A stretch of 61,647 bases of DNA, counting the filler, from Choristocarpus tenellus KU-1152 (lineage: Eukaryota > Protista > Phaeophyceae), in NCBI GenBank assembly GCA_964200185.2. It is 7 parts of 7 records of this genome, joined end to end, with 100 filler letters (N's around TTAATTAATTAA, not from the genome) between each part and the next. Parts side by side here need not be neighbours in the genome. Positions count along the whole stretch, not along the records: positions 1 to 4,736 come from CAXNAD020013277.1; positions 4,837 to 11,446 come from CAXNAD020007756.1; positions 11,547 to 19,079 come from CAXNAD020006003.1; 4 more parts are not named here. One strand, 5' to 3'. The position numbers and the translations under genes were made by a program. Of this stretch, positions 1-12,552 are shown in pieces. The stretch's first letter is position 1. Each line of letters starts with the position of its first letter. The notes below the pieces were generated by a model that saw nothing but the letters and a program-made list of their open reading frames with translations, did not search any database and was not told the origin of the DNA.

Positions 1-21
1 CCCCCCCAGAAACTTTGAGCC
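1..21. mobile_element. Right terminus of MITE family B (truncated by window start)
   Basis: CCCCCCCAGAAACTTTGAGCC matches the family-B terminus CCCCCAGATACTTTG(A/G)CCC seen at 11547-11569 and 14231-14249. Confidence 0.5.
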
Positions 22-840
22 GAAAGTTCAAAAGGGAGAAAAATATGTCGAAAATATAGTATACATCCACTTAAGACTATATGAAAGACAACATATATCA
101 GTAACAATTGTAGGGTCAAGGGTGTGTCCTTAAGATTTTGCGGGCTTTAGGTAATTCATTCTTGACACTGGTCGTCGCGAAGTTTGCGCTAGTATTAAGT
201 CGTATATGTCAATAATCATTTCCAGCTTCAAGCAGGCTGGTTGTGTTGAGGGTACGTTCCATGTTTGTTGTTGACCCCCTTCTGGATTTGCCTGATGCTG
301 CTGCTTAAGGCAGAAGATCATCGGGGGTCGTATTGATACTAACGACAATTTGCTGATCCCTATTGAAGGGATGGCTGGCCAAGAATGTTACCTATTTGAT
401 CCGATGCAATCATTTACTCCTGCACATACACGCAAAGGCTACCCTGATCTAAGCCCAGCAATGTTGACCCAGGCACACATTCCAGCTCTGTTCTTTTCCT
501 CCTAAACCTCCTGGATCATAGTGGCTACAAACTGGAGGATCTTCCCCTCCTCTTTCCCCCCTGACACAGCTTTCCCCTGTGCCCACGCCCAGGTCTGTAG
601 TTCTGCCTACACTATCCCATTCTGGTTACGGAATGTTGTCAATAGTCTATTTCGGATGGTTGTCGCAAGTGGAGACATGGGAAGTACTTGACAGGATTGT
701 CGATAACAGGATTATCGCCACACATTGGTCTCAGCACGAATAAGTATATAGACGGGCAGGATATTGTTGGTAAACAGTACAGAAATGTGACGCTGCGATG
801 TTAATTGCAGAGACCGAGCACACAACAAGAGGATGCTACA

Positions 841-1086
841 GAATCAAACCAAGTAGGGTTGCATTTAAGGATCCCGAGAAAAGGCAGAAAAACGCCATGT
901 TGTGCAATTGCAGAAAGACCTTATGCTTAACTGTAGTGTCATTTTGTGCGTGGAGAGGGGGAATATTGATTCTGCGTACATTATTGTGCATATAAAGCAA
1001 TGGAACAGGGTGTATTGCTCTTGGCAAGAAAGACTTGAAATGCAAAAAAGGGTCCAAACCTCCCTACCTCTCAATTGTCTTGGCTC
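841..1086. mobile_element. MITE family D copy (246 bp), flanked by a 4-bp direct repeat TACA
   Basis: Aligns along its length with 6028-6283. TACA occurs at 837-840 and 1087-1090. Contains the GTTGCATTTAAGGAT subterminal motif. Confidence 0.7.
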
Positions 1087-2599
1087 TACAAGGGAAACGT
1101 GGGAGAGAAAGTAATAACATCTTCACCATATGATTTCTTGTAGAAAGAATGTGGACTCTGCAACAGAAATGTAGTCCACACCACACTCAACACACGCCCT
1201 ATGGTTGGGTTAGAGTGCTGTGGGGATTCTGTATCTTACGTTCCATCACCAAGTTTTTTCACGAGTTGGAAGGTGTGATAAAGAGAAGTCCTTGTTACTG
1301 ATCTTCACCCGCCCACGTCGGCCTTGAATGATACCCTCACGTGGTTCAGTTCCTATGGCATTGTTGCAACAAGATTTGTTTCCATTCGAAATATTGTTTA
1401 CAAATTCCACCTTCATCGTAATAGGAACAACGACAAAATACAGAGAGGCGAACAGTCTAACTCCGCCAAACAAAATTTGGTAGTCGAAGAAACCGACTCC
1501 AAATCAATCCAAGTATCTTCGAAGGAAATTTGTCGCCCTAGATGGTTTGCACCATGCGCAAGCAAAGGGAAATGCCCTTAAACGACTCATCTCAAGAGAT
1601 CTCGGAGGTGGACACTGGGGTGTTCTGAGAGATAGAACCCAATTGAACAAGATAGGTAACCATAAAATTAATATGAAGTAATATTTTTTGAGGTGTCATG
1701 GTCACTGCGTGTCTAGAAGTTTGCGCGCAAAAAATGGGAATACTCGTCACCTTAGAGAAATCTTCTATTCCACAATAAAAAAATATTCAAGTCCGTTCTA
1801 GGTGCCAAAATTTCCTCCGCTTCACTTTGAAATTTGAAATATAACCTTCCAATCCAAATTTAAATGAAGTGTGATCTTGATCATACTGAGAGATTTTAGA
1901 AGAGAAGTCCAGTGTTTTTTATTTCTTAGAAAGATCTAAGAGGGAAACGCCAAACGTTCTCACATCTGGATAAGTGGAGGGAGCCAGACACACATCCATT
2001 GACACCTCGTTAGTGAATGGCCCGACAAAATGACCGAGTGTCAACTTGTCAAAACAAAACACGGGAAATAAATATAAATGCAGTCAACTCTTAGGGGTAG
2101 AACGGTACAACAAGATTGGAACAACAATCCATCATCCACACAGAACGCAGAACAAAATTGTGAGTGTGGATTGGTGAGTGTTTGTTAAGTATCTCCTATA
2201 ATGTAAATATTTTCTTACATACCACCGTTGACAATAGTGGACATAGGTGTTGCGTCTCCGTTATCTGTTGGAATTGTAAGGTAGTTTCGTCATGAGTACA
2301 CATGTAGGTTGAGAAAAGCAGAGAGGGGGGTGATGACGAGGACAACAACACACATCGAGGATTAAACAGCGAGTGTAAGACCAACACGTGGAACACTGGT
2401 CGGCACAGTTTCCTCCCAAAACGTAAATGTGGAAGAAGAGTAAGCTCGGACATCAAGGGAATTCCGTGTCGCAGACAACTTGTGGGACGGTTACCTCATC
2501 GCGCGAGAAGCAAGACTAGTACGTAGGCCGTACAAGGCGAGTGAAAAAGGAAGAGAAATGTCGATAGGAAAAGGGAGCCCCTGCCCATTGCCCTTTCCA

Positions 2600-3320
2600 T
2601 AATTGGAACTACGATGTGATAAATTGTGATGTGGAATGTTCGCGGGCATGATGACAATTAAAGGCATGAATGAGATAGGGCATACATCCAAATACCCTGT
2701 AGCTACAGACCGGGTCTATCGGATGCGACGGAAGTGGGGCTCAAGGAGACAAGGCGAGGTGGGAAGCACGAATTCGAATGAAGTGTATAAGATGTCTATC
2801 ATAATGGAGACGAGGATGGAAGATGTCACAGCGTCGGGTTGGTAGTGGAGAAGGTCGATTGCCCAATGAGAAGATCTTTCAAGGAGTAATACATCAGGAG
2901 CAGGCCGATGAAGGTTCGCATCCTGCTGACAGGCTCATCAGGTTGAGTCACATTGGCTCCAGGTTATGTCTCGCCAGCCGCTTCAGAGAGGGGTGTGAAT
3001 TTCCGAAAATGGAAGAGAAGGACAAGTTCTGGGCGCCTGTGCACAAAGCCGCGGAGGAGGGATGAAGAATTCATCCTTCTGGATGCAAACACCTGCACTG
3101 GAAAGAAAGGTGAAGGGGGAGGGGATAGAGACAGGTTGGTACTTGGACTCTACAGCTGTGTTTTTCTGAATGACCAATAAGTGTGGATGCCTTATGATGT
3201 TTGAAGAGAGGACCATAGTTGCACTTGTCAACACTTTTTCGGTTCATGCAAGGGTACAGGGATATTGTACCTACCTGGACCCAAAGAAGGACGGATACTG
3301 TCGCATCGACCTGCAATATT
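2600..3320 (+). pseudogene. Degenerate non-LTR retrotransposon (RTE-like LINE), apurinic endonuclease domain
   Basis: Frameshifted pieces read WNVR..KGMNEIGH, HSVGLVVEK, KDKFWA, FILLDANTCTGKKGEGGG..VLGLY, ALVNTF and YCRIDL. These are EEP/APE motifs (D-x-N, xRLDY) in the expected order, with stops and frameshifts. Confidence 0.75.
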
Positions 3321-4029
3321 TTAATTATCACTCGTCGACCAGACCAATGCTTTATGTGTTCATTTGAAACATGATCCCTTCCTACTTAGAAATCTAACCA
3401 CCATATCGTATCGATATCGATCCGTCTTCTAATTCGATTTGCACCCGATCGTAATCGGCGGAAGTGAGTTCAACAGGAGGGATATCTGTTGCTCAACCAA
3501 CAGGATGTCTTGTCCAGTCCACCCCTGAGGACAGCATATATGAATTTTATACCTGATGAGGTGGCTGCTGATGAGCTTTTTGCTTCCAGAAAAAACGACA
3601 AGCGACACCAGGTTAATTCAAGAAGAAATCGACGGTATGAGCAGCCTGCTTGAATCTGAAGAGGAGTTTTCTCGGATAATGGAAAACTGTGCAGTGACAA
3701 TAGACATAGCCAAGAACTTCGTCGACGAATGATGTGAAGCACAGAGATTACTATGTTCACACCTCCTTGTCGCTGGTGCTTTTGTCTGCTTCTCTTCGAC
3801 CTTGGTTTTCCCCTGATGAATGGAGGGGTGTGGCATTGGACCTTGGTATTGGTGCTGGCACACACTAGAATCAATTGCTTGGTACATCAGGGTGGGCATC
3901 ATCTTCTTTGCTGTGTTCGATTTTTCTTCCTCTTGTTTTTGTTGGTGCCTTCTTTTCATTTGTTTCCTTTTTATTTGCATCATTTTTTTAATTCTTGATG
4001 GATAACTTGTTCTCCCTTTTTTTTTTTCT

Positions 4030-4352
4030 GAGTCAAAATAAACGAGAGACGACCCAGAGTTGCATTTTAAGGATGCTGACAAATACGTGTAAAATTTACC
4101 TTTAAAAAAGAAAAGTGCATAGATATTTTTTTGAATCGTGTCAGATTTTTTTTTTCAAAATAATAGGTAAATAAACACTATCTCAAGTCAAACTTAGAAC
4201 TTCCTCTGTAGAAACATGGGTGAAAAGCGAACAGCTGAAAAACAGACTTAAAATTCAAAATGGCCAAAACCTGGGTACCTGTCGTTTACATGAGAAACAG
4301 ACGTATAATGCAAAATGGCCAAACCCCGGATATTCCTAGTTTACCCTGGCTC
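4030..4352. mobile_element. MITE family C copy with duplicated right end
   Basis: Left end GAGTCAAAATAAACGAGAGACGACCCAG. Inverted copy CTGGGTACCTGTCGTTTA at 4271-4288, and a second degenerate right end finishing GGCTC at 4352. Flanked by TCT/TCT. Similar to 4478-4690 and 6684-6780. Confidence 0.6.
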
Positions 4353-4477
4353 TCTGCTCTTCTCATTCTTGTATTGCCCTTGACCACAGGTATGAGCACG
4401 TTCTATGTTGCTCCTTCTCCTTGAAATATCCGCAATATGTGTGAGCACCTTTGCCCTGTGGATTGAAACCAATGTGT

Positions 4478-4690
4478 GATCTAAAGTAAACAGGAGGTAC
4501 CCAGGGTTGCATTTTATGGTTGCATTTTCAGGATGCCAACAATTATGTGCAAGATTAAACTTTTTGTACTAGCGTGTACAGAAAATTTTGTGAATTATGT
4601 TGAAAATTATTTAAACAACAGATAAACAAATCAATGCTCTCGAGTTAACCTTAGCGCTTCAACTATAGAAACAATTGGAGAGTTGGAAAC
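4478..4690. mobile_element. MITE family C partial copy
   Basis: TAAACAGGAGGTACCCAGGGTTGCATTTT...CAGGATGC; collinear with 4030-4250. Confidence 0.6.
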
Positions 4691-4736
4691 GGGTCAAAGT
4701 ATCGGGGGGGGGGGGGGGGGGGGGGGGGGCGGTTTT
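4691..4736. mobile_element. Left terminus of MITE family B followed by poly-G at contig end
   Basis: GGGTCAAAGTATCGGGGG is the inverted equivalent of CCCCCAGATACTTTGACCC. Confidence 0.5.
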
Positions 4737-4836
4737 NNNNNNNNNNNNNNNNNNNNNNNNNNNNNNNNNNNNNNNNNNNNTTAATTAATTAANNNNNNNN
4801 NNNNNNNNNNNNNNNNNNNNNNNNNNNNNNNNNNNN
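4737..4836. other. Artificial contig spacer
   Basis: 44 N + TTAATTAATTAA (stops in all six frames) + 44 N. Confidence 0.98.
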
Positions 4837-5351
4837 GCATTTCTTCGAAGGTTAAGGACAAGCATTCGATAGTGCCTGGTGTTCATCCCCCCTCGGTCCT
4901 CCCCTAGGAAGTTGGATGGGTGAATCAGACCTTAAACCAATGCCTCGCCAATGTAAACTGCCATCATCAATGTGTTTTGGGTGTTATGAGGGCTATCGCA
5001 ACCTCTGAACCTACCCGCATACCTCCCTTCTGACCTCTGATCCGTCCTTTCTTCCACTCACAATTGGGTTCCCTACTGGGCTGGACCATCGACAAACCCT
5101 CCTCTGTTGTCGAACTCTACGTAACATGCAGGTCCTCACTCCAATATTTGTTGCATGCCCTGAGACTTCCAACGGTCCCTCTACAACACGTTCGGGGGGA
5201 ATCAAGATGCTAGGTATAGGGCGCAAGGCAATATGGTATGCTTGTTACATCTTTTGGCTAGAAAATATATTAAGTATTAATGCTAGGTATAGCAAGCAAA
5301 GCAACATGGTATGCTTGTTAAAAATATATATTTGTAAAATAACTTAATAAT

Positions 5352-5883
5352 GATGCCCTGTCCAACAGGTATCCAGTGACAGGGTTCAGGAGGCAAAAAT
5401 GTTGTTACCAGACATGACCGTATCTGCCCCAGGGCAGGGGGATAGGTACGACAGCACACTCCAATGGTTAAACGCCTGCATCAATTATGCAAGGGGATGG
5501 GCATCCCTTACACAATCGAGGACGGTAGCCCTTTCACAGTGGACAGGAATCTCCGCATGGATCTGTTGTTTCACACAGGGGCACTAGTGGACGCCGGAAC
5601 AGTCCCCTACAGGGACAACGGTCTTCTTTTAGACGTCACCTTCGCAGAGGTACGGGCAACCTCCCACATAACCCACTCATCCACCAGCAGTGGTGTAGCT
5701 GCTGCTGCAGCCGAGGCACGAAAGCGCACCCACTACGAGGGCTCCTTTGATCCTTGTAGTTATGACCTCAACACCCTCAGGGTGGAAATTTTTGGGTGCC
5801 TCGGCAAGCAAGCGGAATGCTTCCTGAATGAGCTGGTTACTCACATGGTGCGGGAGAGAGGAATTGAATGCTCGTTATTGTGA
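5352..5883 (+). mobile_element. CRE-like non-LTR retrotransposon relic: C-terminal zinc knuckle plus restriction-like endonuclease (RLE)
   Basis: RHDRICPRAG..QH followed by ORF 5464-5883 with LRMDLL, LLLDVTF, AEARKRTHY and VEIFGCLGKQAE, the PD-(D/E)xK RLE layout (RxD...DVT...K..HY...E.FG.LG). Confidence 0.8.
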
Positions 5884-6027
5884 AACAAGGTAATGAAGTT
5901 GGAAGCAATTGTAAGCCTTGAGTACAATCTGATAAAAAAAGTACTAACAGTACACAATTACTAATGATAGCGTAAACACTGCCTACTATAGCGTTGTGCC
6001 CATTACAGATCAAAACATGTTACTTGT

Positions 6028-6283
6028 GAGCCAAACCAACTAAGAGGTAGGCACGGTAGCATTTTAAGGATGCCCGAGAAAGGGCAAAAATGTGTAATTT
6101 TGTCCCGTTACGGAAAGACTGTTTGCTGAATTGCGGTGTTACTTTTGTGCGGAAAGGTGAGTATCAATTTTACGTACACTAATGTACGCATGAATCAATC
6201 AAATAGTGCATTGCACAGGGTAAGAAAGATTGCTTGAAATACAGAGAGGTCCAAACCTGCCTGCCTCTCACTTGTTTTCGCTC
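6028..6283. mobile_element. MITE family D copy (256 bp)
   Basis: Imperfect ~28-bp TIRs: GAGCCAAACCAACTAAGAGGTAGGCA on the left and GAGCGAAAACAAGTGAGAGGCAGGCA (reverse complement) on the right. Homologous to 841-1086. Confidence 0.7.
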
Positions 6284-6683
6284 GTATGATGAGTAACAAA
6301 TGTACCCTTATATATGTGTTTGGTTTAGAAGAGGTGTAATTTATGGTTGTATATGGTGATGTTCAATGGGGAAGTGTACTCGAGTATTTTGTTATCCTTC
6401 CTTTCCTTACCATGATATAAAATAGTAGTTGTGAATATTAGATACATCCCCTCAGCCAATGAACTACGCAAACACGCACTCTTACCACCATTGCGTTCTT
6501 GTCATTCACAAAATCCTACGTTTTACAGTAATGTTTAACACAAACGTGTTACGGCATAAGAAATATGGTGCGTCACTATCTTTGACACCATGACATAACC
6601 CATTTTACGTTGAAATACCAACACTATGTTATGCGTATAAGACCCAAGTCCAAAACATATATTGTTGCACCTGCGCCACTCTA

Positions 6684-6780
6684 GAGTCGATCTAAACGAG
6701 AGGTACCCAGAGTTGCATTTTATGGATGGTGGAAAATATGTGCAAAATTTGACTTTTTTTTCAAATGCGTATAGGTAAAC
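6684..6780. mobile_element. MITE family C left-end fragment
   Basis: GAGTCGATCTAAACGAGAGGTACCCAGAGTTGCATTTTATGGATG matches 4030-4100. Confidence 0.65.
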
Positions 6781-7332
6781 CTCACGATTACCACTTACTA
6801 CATCAAAGAAAAGGTGCGAACAACTTCTACTGTTAGTACAAGTAGATATGGATAGTAGGATACCAAATAATATTTTTTCAATCTATTTTTCATAAACGTA
6901 AAAGGTGAAACTCTGGCAGTTTCACCCTAGAATCGCTTTTCTTGACCCAGAATGGGAGCTTAGGTTGTAGGTAGAAATCATTCTCTCTCCTACCCACCAT
7001 TAGATAATTTCGTTTTTAATGTCTAGTTCGAATGAATCCAATCATAATTCCTCTGTATTGTTACCGATTCTGGTGATCATGAAGATGTATAATTATACAG
7101 ATATCGTATGCCTTTCCTCCATGCTTGTATCCTACAGTCTCTTTGTGCAAAACATACGACGGAAGTTCTCCTTCTCACTCAGGTGAGCTAGTGCTTCATC
7201 ATATGTCGTGTCTTGGGTCGAAGTCCTGGTGTGTCAGTTCTCACTTGCTGCAATTAAAGAGCATACTTCTACAACAGCTGACTGTGGAGGGAGATGTTCA
7301 ACAGTTCAACAACAATTATGCCTAACAACGGA

Positions 7333-7356
7333 ACACACACACACACACACACACAT
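7333..7356. repeat. (CA)n microsatellite
   Basis: Direct dinucleotide run. Confidence 0.9.
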
Positions 7357-7899
7357 AGTATATGCAAGGAAGGATGGCTACCGCATTTGCAAATTCAAAA
7401 ACATCATAACAATTTCACCCATCTGAATGTTTCAAACCACGATGCCTTTTACCTGCATCCTCCATCAAACCTTTGACTGACTGTAAACCGATGACCCCAA
7501 ACCAATGGTTTTAGGCAAATATAGTTCCTACACGAGGTACATTCACCGGTCACTGTAAAACTCACTATCACTCACTGCTTCAAAAACACAATAATCATAA
7601 CACCCAAGCTTTGAACAATTGTAATCTACCTCAACCTCTCACTCCATATACATACTCCAGGAGCATATTCCTCCTATATCAAGGGATAACTACGAACCCA
7701 TCTGTTACACTATGGTCTAGCTCAGATGTAACACTCGACCATCGATTACATTAAGTAACTACTTGGACTTCAGATCTCTTCAGATAATGATTCCCCTGAA
7801 CAGAAGAGTAAAGCTGATTTAGGTTAAACAAGCAAAATATATTCAATGAATATCGTTAAGATTTATTGCAATACGAGGACACTCATTCTTGGGGCTTAC

Positions 7900-9000
7900 T
7901 TGTCTCATGTCCTTCGTCTATTCTACACTACAATGAGAAACTGCAGATATCGGTGGTTCTATCACTGGCATGTGGGATGGAGAAATTAGTTGGCTCTGAT
8001 GTTCAATTGATGCATGACCTACCATCACTACTGGCTTGGAACGTCCTGCCAGAAACGCTTGTAATGTCCAAGTACTGACAAGTATTGACCTGAGGTGTAC
8101 CTTTTCTTTGGAAGAGAGATCTACGTATTTCATATTACAAAGTACAGAGCACTCAGCATTTCCACACCACCACGTTTGCTTTACATCAACCTCGCCTCCA
8201 GAAGGAATCCCATTGTGCATAAGCCCACAACAAGAAGCGTATTTCCTGCTCCCAAGGCGACCAACCTAGAGTAATATTGGTGGAGGGGTTGTCCTGAGAG
8301 GACTCGTAGGTAGGAAGGGAGTTGTCCGCGGAAGTAAATGACCACTGTTTCGGAACCCCACCCACACTATGGAAACCGTAACTGACTTGACTTCGAAACT
8401 CCATTCCAATCCTAAATTTGATCGTTTTGGTCACTGTAAGGTCGGGCTTCTTCACAAATATGACGATGACCACATTTACTGGATACAGACATCTCCTGCC
8501 CCCCTTCGATCGACAAAGGTTACATGTTATATATGCTTCGAAGTACATACTCGTAGGGCTAATCATATTACACACTATCCTGAAGTCTGTAAGTAATACC
8601 AATTTTTGATTTTCTCCTCTTACACGCCATTCCCACGGACCGTATATAACACATAATGACACCTCATGAGTATATATATTTTGGTGAGAAAGGGGTACCT
8701 CAGTTCTACAGTGTATCATTATGTATGAAGAAGAGCAACAGTGTTGTCTTTCAATCCCTTGAGTTGGATGTAAACATAAAACGTATAATGTGTGTGCTTG
8801 GTTGGAAATTGAAAGAGTCGGACCTTCTATACGTTACATACACCAAATATTGAAATTTCTGTATTGGACTTGTGCTTGAGACGATCTTCCAGAGATAAGA
8901 TGGTGTAGCAAGCGTATATATCACATCCCGAAGGAGGTGTTGTTCTTGTTTGAGTGAAGTGTGAAATAAACCGCACTGAGCAAATGGCCATGGGGTGTTG
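7900..9000 (+). mobile_element. Highly degenerate Copia-like pol relic (protease-integrase region)
   Basis: Fragments DVQLMHDLPSLLAWNVL, TSPAPLRSTKVTCYICF and PE*DGVA resemble Copia VLYVPxLxxNLLS, D..GP....Y...F and PQQNGVAE in the correct order. Many stops. Confidence 0.35.
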
Positions 9001-9498
9001 TCTTGGACAATATATTTCATAGGGGGCAAAGGAGCTCTAGTGTTTGCTGGACAACCACATTAGAGAGCAAATTGTAACGACTCTTGCCTTGACAACAGAT
9101 ATTAGGTTTGACTTCAATTCGTGCTAGACCATGGACACGTCGTAGAGCAAATGGACCCAGACCACCATATTATGAAGAACGGGCCCTTTGGAGCAACTGA
9201 TCTTACGACGTTATTGTAGATAATGACCAGAATGGGCAGTTCATGCAACTATGAAAACATCAATATGGAATACTCTCACTATTTGTCTATCATATTTTAC
9301 CTATTACTATTGTAAGACACAAGATGAGAACTTGGAATGGAGCTCTATATCGTAAATTGAAAAAGGTATTCGGTACCACTGTTTAGCAGCCCTCGGAATG
9401 GTCGTTGCCTAAGCCACGACATACCCATATACCCTCTCTCCTCTCCCTGTGTACCCACTCCAATGTACGGGTGGATGACTGGGGGCAATACAAGCCAT

Positions 9499-9570
9499 CT
9501 AGAGCTGCAAGAAAGGAAGAGCAAACATCTCTTCAGCAGTGATGCGGTCTTCTGGGCGGGCCACAAGTGT
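9499..9570 (-). CDS. Terminal exon of a protein kinase (subdomain XI); remaining exons not identified with confidence
   Basis: Pyrimidine-rich acceptor TTTTGCAG, then TLVARPEDRITAEEMFALPFLQL-stop, matching the kinase L..dP..R.ta.e.l.hPFl motif. A possible 12-nt upstream exon (MLRE) lies at 10162-10173. Confidence 0.55.
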   Translation of the reverse strand, partial: TLVARPEDRITAEEMFALPFLQL

Positions 9571-9762
9571 CTGCAAAATATTGTATCAGCAAGGTTTAGA
9601 AGGGTGAAAAAGAGAGGAGAATTCATCATTGCTGTTGGATGTGATAGAAAAGGTCAGACACTATTGAGGATATCGTTAACAAAAATATGTTTGTCGTAGA
9701 GGGGAAGGGTGAGAATGTTTTGGGAAGCTGGCAGCTCATAGGGAGACATAGTCCATCGATAT

Positions 9763-10021
9763 AAGTGAAGTATCTTGGAGGGTACAAGTTTTTCCCTGTG
9801 TGTCCATTTAGGCTTGACTTCCTTCGGGTTTTTTATTACATTTGATGTACTCCAAAATGTTTCGGAGTATCTAAAATGTATACGTTATGAGAAGGTGTGA
9901 TCGGAAAAAGGATATTGACATCTCCTAACAAACATGATCGCCAAAATTACATAAAAAAATTGCAACATTGGATTTTGGACCCCAAATGGACATGGCTCTA
10001 CCAAGTAAGATACTTTGACTC
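9763..10021. mobile_element. MITE family A full copy
   Basis: Ends AAGTGAAGTATCTTGGAGGGTA and TAAGATACTTTGACTC, flanked by TAT/TAT. Collinear with 11194-11446 and 50728-50987. Confidence 0.85.
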
Positions 10022-10269
10022 TATATGTAAAAGGAAAAAGCACATTATCTGAGGAAGAGGTATTTCACTGTACCGTGTGCGTTCAGTGGTTTCATCTCTT
10101 ATCACACACGCACAAATATACACAAGCGCACACATACGCAACAGACGGAATGATTGGCTACCTCCCTCAGCATCTAGAAGGCATGGAACACAAGCAAAAT
10201 CCGATCAGAGAGATTCCTATCCCTTCACCAAGTCATATGCACGGTTTGATATCTCAATTGCATAGAGTT

Positions 10270-11150
10270 CTAGACATTCATACTGTCAACATCATCACCT
10301 TGTGGATCAACATAGCCAGTTCATATGACATGCTATCCGGCAGGATGTAGAGCCCTCCCTGAATGTGGAAGAGGTGCAGTAGCTCCCTCTGCATAACGAT
10401 GAAGAAACGAGTGGGTCGTCAAGTCTTAATCACCATCATGGATTACACGAAGTATCGTCGGCACAAGAGCCAGTTCGTATGGACAAGGTGATGGATTTTG
10501 GACTGAACGTTCACAGTGACAAAATTGTTGGTCCTCTGGGGATATCCACACCTCACTCGGTGTAAAGGTATTTAGGTGACTCACCATGATTTGACAAGAT
10601 TCAGAGAAGTCTTCGAGCAACTCACACTACTCTTGTGGGTATATAACAGGAACTCCACTATATGGAAGCGCTAATCCTGACACAAATCACATCTTATGTA
10701 GGCGAGAATGGCCCTATTGCATGTAACCCTATACTATGATGTGTAGAGGAATGTGTTGACATAGTATTCGCACAGTATACAGCCACCTCCATAAAACCCC
10801 AATGATGTCCTACACACTACATAATATAGGGCAGGGTGCTGGGCAAACTTGAATACAGTAATACAAATGTCGATGGGAAATAGCAATAGCACTAGTATAC
10901 CATCCTTATGATCTCGAAGCCCTGGTAGAGCACCTTGCCATACACTTTGACAGAGTGGACGACAAAAAATAGCAAATGATGGTCAAAGTTGAAATTTGGG
11001 GACAGAGAAATCAACCATTTGACTACAGCACTATAACGCCCAATCTCTCTGGAATTTGATTGCAATGTGCTCAGGTACACGGGCAGTTGCCACGAGTCGT
11101 CAACGCTTCACACATCAGTAGGGCAGAGTGTGATACCCATGCCCAGCGCT
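10270..11150 (-). mobile_element. Degenerate Gypsy-like integrase relic
   Basis: Minus-strand fragments HLLFFVVHSVK, NRAILAYIRC..QD and TPSEVW resemble Ty3/Gypsy rve and post-rve segments. Heavily interrupted. Confidence 0.4.
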
Positions 11151-11193
11151 TCTAATTGCCTCCTCTTGCCCTAGAGTTGAGAAGAAATTCAAC

Positions 11194-11446
11194 GAGTGAA
11201 AGTATCTTGGAGGATACGAGTCTTTCCCCGTTTGGCCATTTGGGACTTGACATTCCATTGGTATTCAATGACATTTTACCTACTCCAAAATATTTTGGAG
11301 TAGGTAAAATGTTATTGTTATGAAAAGGTGTGTCCGGAACAAGGATATTGACATCTGCTAACGAACATGATAGCCAAAATTACATCAGAATTGCAACATC
11401 GGATTTTGGCCCCCAAATGGACGCGGCTCTACCCTCTAAGGTACTT
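11194..11446. mobile_element. MITE family A copy running into contig end
   Basis: GAGTGAAAGTATCTTGGAGGATA at one end and TCTACCCTCTAAGGTACTT at the other. Confidence 0.85.
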
Positions 11447-11546
11447 NNNNNNNNNNNNNNNNNNNNNNNNNNNNNNNNNNNNNNNNNNNNTTAATTAATT
11501 AANNNNNNNNNNNNNNNNNNNNNNNNNNNNNNNNNNNNNNNNNNNN
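11447..11546. other. Artificial contig spacer
   Basis: N44-TTAATTAATTAA-N44. Confidence 0.98.
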
Positions 11547-11689
11547 CCCTCCCCCAGATACTTTGACCCATACATTTTACCCACTCCTAAACATTTTGGA
11601 GTGGGTAAATGTCATAAAAAAAACATGGGAAGTCAAGTCTCAAATGGACAAACAGGGAAAAACTCGTACCCTCTAAGATACTTTCACTC
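11547..11689. mobile_element. MITE family B terminus (11547-11569) joined to half of an inverted family A copy (11570-11689)
   Basis: CCCCCAGATACTTTGACCC is followed directly by ATACATTTTAC...TACCCTCTAAGATACTTTCACTC, the reverse complement of the left half of family A. Confidence 0.75.
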
Positions 11690-12115
11690 ACACCCTCTCT
11701 CCCCCAGGCATCATGCCATGATGCTGTTCTTCGTCGGGGTATTCGAGGCTGGACCTCGAACAGACTTCTGGGTCGAAGAATTGGGACCAATGGGTGACAA
11801 CGGGATGAGGGATTGAACGACGGGGGGGGTTAGACCTAGGTATCCCAATAAACACCCGCTTTGACAGTTTCATGAGGATTTGAACCCCGTCAAATGCAAC
11901 TTGGTCGACTTTGCACTGGTGATCCTCCACAGTCATGACAGCCCACCATCATCAACTTTACATGCCTCCCAATCTACATGAGAGCTATGCCTGATCCAGA
12001 GGGTTTATCTTTTGAGTCGTTCCCGGACAGGAAAGGAGGTCGAAAAAGTTATGATGCATTTAATTCCCAATGGAGGAAGTGCCATTTTTTATTTTGCGTC
12101 ATCTTTGATCAATAA

Positions 12116-12257
12116 GAGTCAAAGTATCTTAGAGGGTAGAGCCGCGTCCATTTGGGGCCCTAAACCCAATGTTGCGGTTTTGATGTAATTTTGGCTATCG
12201 TATTTGTTAAAAAGTGCCAATAGCCATGTTCCAGACACCTTTTCGAAACATATACAT
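12116..12257. mobile_element. MITE family A half copy (inverted)
   Basis: GAGTCAAAGTATCTTAGAGGGTAGAGCCGCGTCCATTTGGGG is the reverse complement of the family A right half; preceded by TAA. Confidence 0.8.
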
Positions 12258-12552
12258 AGGATTTTTTTAAAAATAAATATTGGTAATTAAAAATATTTAT
12301 TGAAATGATAATAGTTTTACTAAAATATCAACACAAATAATAATAAAATAACTAAAATGAAAAATAGAAGTAGTAGTACTAATAGCAATAATGTTAAAAG
12401 TACTGTATTAAAAATTATATTATTGATAATAATAAAAAATGTTTATAACATTGACATTATTAATATTTGAAAAATTAATGATAGCAATGATCATAATAAC
12501 ATGATAAAATTCAGTTGTGATAAAATTAACGCAAAACATTATGATAATAACG

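Noticed and set aside
130-1620. Short ORFs 130-348, 1246-1473 and 1324-1581
   Set aside because: No recognisable motifs; probably decayed repeat DNA.
3470-4020. Overlapping minus ORFs, possibly a hAT dimerisation-domain relic (KFLAMSIVTA)
   Set aside because: The motif is too degraded to support a call.
4837-5230. Possible 3' end of an RTE-like LINE on the minus strand (PERVVEGPLEVSG)
   Set aside because: Only loose resemblance; not listed as a feature without a search.
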